Shown here: piece by piece, positions 28,401 through 35,931 of the stretch
How positions within the stretch are numbered: position 1 is the stretch's first letter
Layout: each line of letters begins with the position of its first letter
DNA from: Cyanobacteria bacterium P01_D01_bin.156
GTDB taxonomy: Bacteria > Cyanobacteriota > Cyanobacteriia > Phormidesmidales > Phormidesmidaceae
DNA: 35,931 bases
Direction of reading: 5' to 3'
NCBI GenBank assembly: GCA_039024555.1
Contig: JBCCQQ010000062.1
Span: forward strand, 1-35,931
Notes under the pieces: model-generated
The model's input: the letters and a program-made list of their open reading frames with translations, nothing else
Databases searched by the model: none
Told to the model about the DNA's origin: nothing
Program-made: the position numbers and the translations under genes

Positions 28401-30215
28401 ATGGCCTCAGCTCCACCCGGCCCCACCAAAGCCGGTTCGTTAGTAGCCCTCGGTCTATTGTTCTGTCTGGGAGTAGTGCTATTTGTACAACTGTCCACCA
28501 CCACTCCCGATGCCCCACTCCCTTCTATGGCTACCTCAGATGTATTTCTGACCGATCCGTTTCTCCAAGCACCCACCAAGGACTCGGTTAAGGTCGTGTG
28601 GTTCACTGAATTTGAAGGCCGCGACCACACCGTTACCTACGGTCCTAGCCAAACTGTAGTAGCTGCTAAAACTAGGCAGCTGAGCCGCACTCGCGAAGAC
28701 GCTAAATCCAGTACGGCCACTGCCTATGAACAAGTAACTGAGCGACCCATCTGGCGACACGAGGCCAATATTACCGGGCTGCGTCCAGGGCTACAGCTGC
28801 CCTATTTTGTGTCTAGTACTGCACCGACAGGAGCTGTTCTGCGCAGTGGACAATTTGCCCTGAGCGCCACCCCACCTGCTGGACAGGCCCTGAAGATTTT
28901 GCTCACCTCCGATCATCAGCTAATGCCGATGACTGCTGCCAATCTACAAAAAGTAGAGGAGACTATTGATCGGGTAGATGGTGTGTTTCTAGCGGGGGAC
29001 CTGGTGAACATTCCAGACCGGGCCTCAGAATGGTTCGACGATACCCGAGGTGGTGCCTTTTTCCCGTGTTTACAGGGACGGGGCAACTACACATTAAAGA
29101 AAGACGGCACCTCTACTACCTATAAAGGTGGCCAGCTGATCCAGTCAGCACCGCTTTTTCCGGCCCTAGGAAATCATGAAGTAATGGGGCGATACAGCAC
29201 GACCGTTGGCCTCAACGATCAGTTTAATGATCCGGCCCCCTGGAATGCGGCTAAGCGACTGTACAACAGCTATGAAGACATTTTTAATCCCAGTGATAGT
29301 CCGGCAGCAAGGAGGCTTTGGCTAAAAAACAACTCCTTTAATGTTGATACCTATAACGAGATTTTTACCCTTCCCAAAGCTCCTCGCAACGGTGGCGAAA
29401 CCCAGCGTTATTACGCTACTACCTTTGGCGATGTAAGACTAGTATCGCTATATGTCACCCAGATATGGCGCATGTTTACCATTGACGGTAAACGTCGAAG
29501 TCGTTACCAAGAACGGGCTGAAGACATCAACAATCCTAAGGCTTGGGGCCATGGACAGTTTATCTTTGAGAGCATTGAACCGGGTAGCCCCCAGTACGAA
29601 TGGCTAAAGCAGGAACTGGCTAGCGACGAGTTTCAACAGGCTAAGTACAAAATTGTGATGCTACACCATCCGCCCCATACCCTCGGTGGCAATGTGGTAC
29701 CCGCATTTACAACTCCAGTACCTGTTTACGATCGTGATGACGAAGGGAATCTGACTGATATTCGCTATGAGTATCCCCTAGAAGACGATCACATTGTTAA
29801 ACATCTGTTACCCCTGGTAGAAGATGCAGGCACCGATCTTGTTTTCTATGGTCACTCTCATATTTGGAACCGGTTTAAAAGTGATAACGGCGTACACTAT
29901 CTAGAGTCCTCTAATGTGGGCAACAGTTATGGCGCTCATCTAAGCGACAATCCTCGCCCTGTTCCCAAAGACAATCGATACAAAGAAGCCTACATCGCCA
30001 CCGGTGACCCCAATGGTCTCGTGCCAGCGATGCCCACCATTGCTCCCCTAATCAGCGACTCCGGCCGACCCATGCCTTACATTGCCGATAACGATATTAC
30101 GGCATTTAGTATCCTAGATACGGGCACTGGTACCATTAGCAGCTACTACTTTGATACCCGCAAACCCAAGTCAGACGTAGTGAAATTTGACGAGTTTAGA
30201 ATCGGTGAACCATGA
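28401..30215 (+). CDS. Exported calcineurin-like metallophosphoesterase with purple-acid-phosphatase-like N-terminal domain
   Basis: N-terminal hydrophobic segment; metal motifs SDH, AGDLV, GNHE, HHP, GHSH. Confidence 0.88.
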   Translation: MASAPPGPTKAGSLVALGLLFCLGVVLFVQLSTTTPDAPLPSMATSDVFLTDPFLQAPTKDSVKVVWFTEFEGRDHTVTYGPSQTVVAAKTRQLSRTREDAKSSTATAYEQVTERPIWRHEANITGLRPGLQLPYFVSSTAPTGAVLRSGQFALSATPPAGQALKILLTSDHQLMPMTAANLQKVEETIDRVDGVFLAGDLVNIPDRASEWFDDTRGGAFFPCLQGRGNYTLKKDGTSTTYKGGQLIQSAPLFPALGNHEVMGRYSTTVGLNDQFNDPAPWNAAKRLYNSYEDIFNPSDSPAARRLWLKNNSFNVDTYNEIFTLPKAPRNGGETQRYYATTFGDVRLVSLYVTQIWRMFTIDGKRRSRYQERAEDINNPKAWGHGQFIFESIEPGSPQYEWLKQELASDEFQQAKYKIVMLHHPPHTLGGNVVPAFTTPVPVYDRDDEGNLTDIRYEYPLEDDHIVKHLLPLVEDAGTDLVFYGHSHIWNRFKSDNGVHYLESSNVGNSYGAHLSDNPRPVPKDNRYKEAYIATGDPNGLVPAMPTIAPLISDSGRPMPYIADNDITAFSILDTGTGTISSYYFDTRKPKSDVVKFDEFRIGEP

Positions 30216-31276
30216 CCCTTCCCTTTGATACAGCGGCTACCCAACAACGAGTAGACAACTTTTGGAGGCTGGGGGCCAGCTTTGGTATGGAACGCAATGC
30301 ATACCACAACTATCTCAACGAGATTGTTAGCGATCGCTACGCCCTAATCAAAGGATTGCAGATTCTGCGTGATGAGCTTCAGTTCGCGGCCGCTAGCCAA
30401 ACCGATGTCAAAGCCTGCGGGGCAGACATGAGCCTGCCCAGTGTGGTTACCACCTTGGCCTATACCAACTGTGGCGATCGCATCCACCAGGGAGAAGCCA
30501 CCAAACGCTATCGAGATGTGGTTGCCTCCCGGTTTGCCACCCTGTCCGAAATTGGTGAACTCAAGCTAGAAGCCTTTTTCCCAGCCGGTGGCGGCACGGA
30601 CAATGGGGCTACCCTAGCCCATGTAACCGTAGCCCATGAACTCGATGAAGAACTAAAGCGACGGGTATATGCAGGTAACCCCCAGTCGATTTCCTTGGTA
30701 GCAATTGACCTCAAAACCCATGTGGGTCGGCTGCGGGATGGCGATAAGCAAATCTATGGCAAAACCCGAGAGTCTCCCTGGCGGGAACCCCGAAATGCCT
30801 GTGGGGCTATTGTGGGGGCACTGAACAACTATAATCAGCACAATCTGATCCATCGTCGGATTCGAGACGACTTGCGGGAACGAAATTTTCAGTATTTGTC
30901 CAACAATCGCATTTTTACCGACGATGGTGCCGATATCACCATGGCTGTCGCTGCAGCAATTGTCGCTATTCGAGGCATTCGCAATACGGCCATGGCCTTG
31001 CCCCAGGAGCTAGATGAGCGGGGGATGGCACATCTGACCGCTAGTGTGACGGTAAATCGACCCTCTCGGGATGATTTGGTAATCTATCTGGCGCGGGCAA
31101 CAGTATTTAATGGCAAGATTCGTATTCAGGGCCTAGGGACTGAAGCGGAGAAGTATTGCGGCAGACTGGTGGACTATGCAAAAGAGCGCAGGCTGCAGTT
31201 ACGATATGGGGATTGGGATTGTGAGAATCTGCCAGTAGAAGAGATTGACTACAAAGTGAGAGATTCTGGCCTGTAG
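30212..31276 (+). CDS. Hypothetical protein with LCIB/theta-carbonic-anhydrase-like Cys-Asp/His/Cys motifs
   Basis: C87-G-D89, THVG (H170), NACGAIVGAL (C197); ATGA overlap with the phosphoesterase stop. The CDS is well supported; the function is an inference. Confidence 0.6.
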   Translation: MTLPFDTAATQQRVDNFWRLGASFGMERNAYHNYLNEIVSDRYALIKGLQILRDELQFAAASQTDVKACGADMSLPSVVTTLAYTNCGDRIHQGEATKRYRDVVASRFATLSEIGELKLEAFFPAGGGTDNGATLAHVTVAHELDEELKRRVYAGNPQSISLVAIDLKTHVGRLRDGDKQIYGKTRESPWREPRNACGAIVGALNNYNQHNLIHRRIRDDLRERNFQYLSNNRIFTDDGADITMAVAAAIVAIRGIRNTAMALPQELDERGMAHLTASVTVNRPSRDDLVIYLARATVFNGKIRIQGLGTEAEKYCGRLVDYAKERRLQLRYGDWDCENLPVEEIDYKVRDSGL

Positions 31277-31382
31277 ATGGTTAGCCAGCAAAGGCACCTA
31301 TAAGAAGATGCCCCTACAGAAAAATCACCCCACCTTAACTTGCGTATTAATGATGGTGGAACGTAACTTAGTCGTTTCCACC

Positions 31383-31601
31383 CTAGGCAGCACAGCCGAA
31401 TAAACTATCCAAATAGAGTCTGTTCACATGGGGCTGACTCATACCGTTTTGCATCAGGAAGAGAGAAAGTGACGCCTGCATTACACGCTCTTGACTCCAT
31501 AGCTCATGGGTATTCAAATAATCCTGAATTGATTCATGTAGAGACTCGGGAATCTCAATCATCAAGCTAACAGTAACGGGAGCTGTAGTAACTGGAATCA
31601 T
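31383..31601 (-). CDS. DUF2811 family small protein
   Basis: EIPESLHESIQDYLNTHELWSQERVMQASLSLFLMQNG matches the recalled cyanobacterial DUF2811 pattern. Confidence 0.8.
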   Translation of the reverse strand: MIPVTTAPVTVSLMIEIPESLHESIQDYLNTHELWSQERVMQASLSLFLMQNGMSQPHVNRLYLDSLFGCAA

Positions 31602-31645
31602 AATTAAATATCTCTTATCTTAAACTGACTCGCACAACAAAGTAG

Positions 31646-31732
31646 GACCTAGTAGCTACCCTTACCCAAACACTCTTAGTAATGAAAGCTATGAGCGTCT
31701 GAAACACAGGGTAAGAATGACTCGACTAGGTC
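31646..31732 (-). ncRNA. Candidate structured RNA element in the DUF2811 5' region
   Basis: Nested stems GACCTAGT/ACTAGGTC and CTTACCC/GGGTAAG, plus an inner helix that pairs fully only on the minus strand through G-U pairs. Confidence 0.4.
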
Positions 31733-31818
31733 GCCTGATTCATTGGAGCTTCATTGTGCAGGAGGTAGCAGTAACACGCAAGCGTGCTCATTCTTTATAT
31801 TTTCATAATGTGATTTTT

Positions 31819-31854
31819 GAGCTGACGAGACCAAGAGGGCTCAGCTCTTTTTTT
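31819..31854 (+). terminator. Terminator-like hairpin with no obvious upstream plus-strand gene
   Basis: 7-bp stem GAGCTGA/TCAGCTC with a 15-nt loop, followed by T7. Confidence 0.4.
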
Positions 31855-31899
31855 CGTTACATTTGTTAATAAAATGAGACTGATCCCCGTACATCAACG

Positions 31900-31995
31900 T
31901 TTTCCACAGAATCGCTGAACCTACTAAGCGGTCGTTAAGACCTGGGGAGAACCCTGTTTAATCTGGGGAAAAGGCTAGGAAAACTCTGGGGAAAA
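31900..31995. repeat. Cluster of cyanobacterial DnaA-box-like 9-mers
   Basis: TTTTCCACA at 31900-31908; opposite orientation TGGGGAGAA at 31943, TGGGGAAAA at 31964 and 31987, weak CTAGGAAAA at 31975. Confidence 0.5.
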
Positions 31996-32484
31996 CGATT
32001 TTGAATATAAATAAATGTATTTTGATGAAATCACCCAGACCTGTTGAAGTTCATCAAAATAGTCCGGATGCTGGATATTCTTTCATAAGGCTTTTTCAGA
32101 GGATAATTGGGGGTTAAACACGGCTTAATGAGGGGATGAATCTTTGAGTGTAAAAAATACGAGCTAAGCATGGAGGAGCCAATCTTTAGAAAACTGCTGA
32201 CTTGCTAAACGCAACTAACTGAATGAAAACCAACTTGGTTTCATAAAAACTGTGTCAGTGAGGTTTTCCGCCCTTGGCATCAGAAATACTACATCTATAC
32301 TTGTGCGTAGTTACCAATTTTTATAAGCAATGAGACACCCTCCTTGTTAACCCCATAAAGCCCCATGGCAACCGCACTTAGCCCTGCTTAAGGCAAGGCT
32401 GTGGTTTTGCTCGTGGATTCCACCTCCCGGTCCAGCTGCTTCAAACATATGCACTGGACAAAAAAGAATCGGGAGATTTCCACC

Positions 32485-33666
32485 ATGGGATGGACGGTTA
32501 AAAGCAAAACCGCCAGAAAGGTCGTGGCTGTAACCAGCCTGTTTCTGGCCATCGAGCTATTGGATGAATTAGTGGGGGGCGTTTTAGATCCGGCCTGGCC
32601 CTTCATTCGCCATGATTTAAATCTGTCCTATGGGCAGATTGGTATGGTGCTGGCGTTTCCCAATATCGTCAGCCAGATCATTGACCCCCTGTTTGGTATC
32701 TGGATCGCGATGGGATACCGACGACAGTTAATGCTGGCAGGCGGTATGGGGTTTGCAAGTTCGCTCTTCATCCTGGCCCAAAGCCACACCTTTATGGGGC
32801 TTCTTATGGGGTTTACGCTGTTGTACCCAGCCTCAGGTGCCTTTATCAATGTGGCTCAGGCCACTCTAATAGAGCTAAGCCCCACTCGCCATGAGAGAAC
32901 CATGGCTCTGTGGAATTTAGCAGGTTCCCTGGGAAGTGTATTGGGACCACTGGTTTTGGCAGGTGCGATCGCGTTTGGCTACGGTTGGCAGGGGGCGTTT
33001 TTCCTATTAGCCATGCTTAGCGGTTTTACCCTAATACCGCTCTGGCAAACTCTTCGAGTACTGGCCACGGTATCACCTGCAGAACAGCCCAAGGTTGAGA
33101 GTTTTACCCAGGGGGTTTGGGGTGCGATCGCGGCATTAAAACAGTCCCATGTACTACGCTGGCTAATATTGCTTCAGTTCTCCGACTTAATGTTGGATGG
33201 ACTCCGTAGCTATGTTGCCCTTTACTTTGTCGATGTGGTGGGCACCTCCACAAACCAGGCTAGTTTGACCGTAACCCTTTGGTTAGGGGTGGCTTTTCTA
33301 GGAGACTTTTTGATGATTCCGCTCCTAGCAAGAGTTAATGGCCTCACCTATCTGAAGATTAGTGTAACCCTCGTCGGGATTTGCTATCCTGCATTTTTAG
33401 CAGTGCCATCGCTGATTGGGAAGTACATTATCTTAGGATGCCTTGGTTTCTTTAGTGCAGGCTGGTATACGATTCTCAAGGGCCAACTTTACGCAGCTTT
33501 GCCAGGTCAAAGTGGGGCAGTGATTACCCTAAGTAACCTTTTTGGGTTTACGGGAAGCATTGTCCCCCTAGCATTGGGCTTTTTAGCGCTGAACATTGGT
33601 TTAGAAAACACCCTATGGTTGTTATGGATCGGTCCTATAACATTGTTGCTTGGCCTGTTTTTATAG
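32485..33666 (+). CDS. MFS transporter
   Basis: About 12 hydrophobic segments in two bundles; GGGAG RBS upstream of ATG 32485. Confidence 0.88.
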   Translation: MGWTVKSKTARKVVAVTSLFLAIELLDELVGGVLDPAWPFIRHDLNLSYGQIGMVLAFPNIVSQIIDPLFGIWIAMGYRRQLMLAGGMGFASSLFILAQSHTFMGLLMGFTLLYPASGAFINVAQATLIELSPTRHERTMALWNLAGSLGSVLGPLVLAGAIAFGYGWQGAFFLLAMLSGFTLIPLWQTLRVLATVSPAEQPKVESFTQGVWGAIAALKQSHVLRWLILLQFSDLMLDGLRSYVALYFVDVVGTSTNQASLTVTLWLGVAFLGDFLMIPLLARVNGLTYLKISVTLVGICYPAFLAVPSLIGKYIILGCLGFFSAGWYTILKGQLYAALPGQSGAVITLSNLFGFTGSIVPLALGFLALNIGLENTLWLLWIGPITLLLGLFL

Positions 33667-33780
33667 CAAATTTATTTGGCTGTTTAGAGCTTTCAGCGAG
33701 CACCGATAGTGTAAATTATGTACGCCAAGCTATATAACCTATCCCCTGTGGGCAAATGCAGGTTCTCAAACTCCAGTCCA

Positions 33781-33811
33781 GCTGAGGGGGGTATACCTCC
33801 CTCAGCCTTTT
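33781..33811. terminator. Hairpin terminator between the convergent MFS and glucosidase genes
   Basis: GCTGAGGGGGG-TATA-CCTCCCTCAGC followed by CTTTT. Confidence 0.6.
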
Positions 33812-33846
33812 CAGGCTTAAACCGTGAAGTCGTTTTTTAATAGATC

Positions 33847-35794
33847 CTAAGTCTGATTATATTTGCTGTACTGCTGGATTAACTTAGCGATCAGACCCGT
33901 CCAGCCAGTTTGATGACTGGCCCCAATTCCAGCTCCATTGTCCCCATGGAAATATTCATGGAAGAGAATATAATCTTGCCAGTTTTCATCGTGTTGAAAC
34001 TGCGGAATAGCGCCAAATACAGGGCGTTTGCCTGAGCTATCTTTAAGAAAAATACGAATCATCCTATCTTCTAGATCTAGGGCAACATCCCACAGTGATT
34101 TATATGTGCCCGACCCCGTGGGGCATTCCACCTGATAGTCCTCACCAAGGTAGTGGTGAAACTTTTGCAAAGACTCCACTAACAAATAATTAACCGGAAA
34201 CCAGATGGGACCACGCCAGTTTGAATTACCACCAAAAAGACCGCTGCTTGATTCTGCTGGTTCATAATCAACGCGATACTCATTGCCATCGGCATAAAAA
34301 ATGTAGGGATGCTCATGGTGATATCGAGAGAGGGCACGGATACCGTTGGGAGCTAAGAATTCGCTTTCAGTCAGCATTTTCTCAAGAATCCGTTTGAGTT
34401 TATCGGGCCTAACAATGGCTAGCAGCCGTCGTTTGCCAGCGCCTTCTTCCGTAAAGCAGGCAACATTTTGGCTTAGATTAGGACGATGAGATTCAAACCA
34501 TTCTAAACGCCCTTTAAAGTTTGGTAGTTTGTTGAGTAGGTCAGGCTCTAGGGTTTCTACGGCAAAGAGAGGAATTAACCCAACCATGGAGCGCACCTTT
34601 AATCGCAAGCGTTCTTTGTTGGGCAAATGCAGGACATCGTAGAAGAAGCCATCCTCTTCATCCCATAGTTCTGTTTTATCCTCACCCATCTGGTTCATGG
34701 CATCGGCAATGTAGATAAAATGCTCGAAGAACTTGGTGGCCATATCCTCATAAACAGGGTTTTCTAGCGCTAGCTCTAGGGCAATGGTGAGCATGTTAAG
34801 ACTGTACATGGCCATCCAGCTGGTGCCGTCGGACTGTTCGATGTAGCCTCCTGTAGGCAGGGGAGAACTACGATCAAAGACACCAATATTGTCTAATCCT
34901 AAAAAACCCCCTTCAAATAGGTTGTTGCCTTCAGTGTCCTTACGGTTCACCCACCAGGTAAAGTTTAGCAACAGCTTTTGAAACACTCGCTCCAGAAAGG
35001 CACGGTCCCCCTTGCCGCGCATTTTTTGATCTATTTTATAAACGCGCCAGGTGGCCCAGGCATGGACGGGAGGATTCACATCGCCAAAGGCCCATTCATA
35101 GGCGGGAATCTGGCCGTTGGGGTGCATGTACCATTCCCGAGTCATGATATCCAGCTGTTGTTTGGCAAACTCAGGATCAACCAGGACAATGGGAATACAG
35201 TGAAAGGCCAGATCCCAGGCGGCAAACCAAGGATATTCCCACTTGTCTGGCATGGAAATAATGTCGTCGGCATCCATGTGGGGCCACTGGCGGTTGCGGC
35301 CTAACTTTCGCCCTTCCGTAGGTCTGGGCATGGTGGGGTCACCATTTAACCAGCGGGTTACATCAAAACTGTAGTATTGCTTGCTCCATAACAAACCGGC
35401 AAATGCCTGACGCTGCACATTTTGCATGTCACCAAGCTTACAAAAGGGGGTGACGTGCTGGTAAAACGTGTCAGCTTCGTGAATACGAGTTTGAAATATC
35501 TGTGCAAATTCCCCACCAAAGGGATTCTTTAGATTGCTCTGGTTAGCAAAGCGTAGCTTAACGACTCGGGTTTGACCAGGACCAACCTCTAAAGCATAGT
35601 CTGCCGCACACTTGGTCCCAACGCTAGCGGGGTTTACGGCATCGGTTTCTCCATTGACCACATAGCGATGAATACCATCCTTAACGTAGGGTGTTGGGTT
35701 CTCCACACCAAAGAGGTGCTGATAGTTGGTCTCATTTTCGGTAAAGAGAAGGGTGCGATCGCATCCAAATTCTGATGTCTCACCATTGGGACTA
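33847..35794 (-). pseudogene. 3' portion of a GH63/MGH1-like glucosidase gene interrupted by an IS
   Basis: [59 protein letters not shown]. The first ~21 residues of the 669-aa ORF come from the IS end and the native N-terminus is missing. Confidence 0.85.
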
Positions 35795-35931
35795 AGGAAT
35801 AGGGATTTAATAACTTCCAGTTTTATATTTGTTGTGGTTGAGCAACATAATTCCATTGAGGTAGATAGTCATCGAAGCGAATGGGCATCTGAGCCTTAAA
35901 CTCATCGGTAGCTTTACGTCCGGTCTCATAG
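35795..35931 (-). mobile_element. Right end of an ISAzo13-family insertion sequence (transposase C-terminus, stop at 35823-35825, plus terminal repeat)
   Basis: Minus frame [35 protein letters not shown] has the WNY C-terminal motif of ISAzo13 transposases, followed by GGAAGTTATTAAATCCCTATTCC, an IS-end-like sequence. Confidence 0.82.

Larger units (their letters stand above)
6366..35762. repeat. HIP1 octamer GCGATCGC, at least 16 dispersed copies
   Basis: Seen at 6366, 6957, 9247, 10359, 13715, 15359, 16540, 17949, 22460, 25394, 26432, 30330, 30474, 32965, 33124, 35755. About 0.5 copies would be expected by chance in 36 kb. Confidence 0.95.

Noticed and set aside
3110..35304. Numerous short ORFs antisense to or overlapping the major genes in the ORF track
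   Set aside because: Shadow ORFs of well-supported genes, with no independent motifs.
35795..35856. [21 protein letters not shown] as the native glucosidase N-terminus
   Set aside because: It derives from the IS transposase tail and terminal repeat.
1..35931. Composite transposon bounded by the two terminal IS elements
   Set aside because: The ends belong to different IS families and the interior is HIP1-bearing chromosomal DNA; more likely the sequence simply breaks at IS repeats.
1..35931. CRISPR array, tRNA, rRNA or recognisable riboswitch
   Set aside because: None seen in the intergenic regions by eye; a covariance-model scan was not possible.

Overview
Chromosomal segment of a cyanobacterium, probably filamentous: at least 16 copies of the HIP1 octamer GCGATCGC, plus hps-type genes, Uma2 genes, a pentapeptide-repeat gene and DUF2811. 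Both ends fall inside insertion sequences: the 5' end of an IS256-family element on the left, and on the right the 3' end of an ISAzo13-family element inserted into a GH63-like glucosidase gene. From left to right it contains: an IS701-like transposase remnant, two divergent Uma2 genes, an antitoxin/PIN-toxin pair with a frameshifted toxin, an RND pump plus membrane fusion protein, an OsmC-family gene, a small IS5/ISL2-like relic, a K+ channel, a secreted hypothetical protein, a long-type thrC followed by a 32-codon hydrophobic ORF, a large ExeM/NucH nuclease (Pho-box-like upstream repeats, unusual duplicated C-terminal domain), a family-4 UDG, an hpsL-N-O-P-like polysaccharide cluster with an embedded lipoprotein/PEP-CTERM-like zinc protease, a pentapeptide protein, an M50 protease, a TonB-like protein, a metallophosphoesterase coupled to a protein with LCIB/theta-carbonic-anhydrase-like motifs, DUF2811 with a structured 5' region and nearby DnaA-box-like repeats, and an MFS transporter. 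All family calls come from motif recognition by eye; no searches were run.
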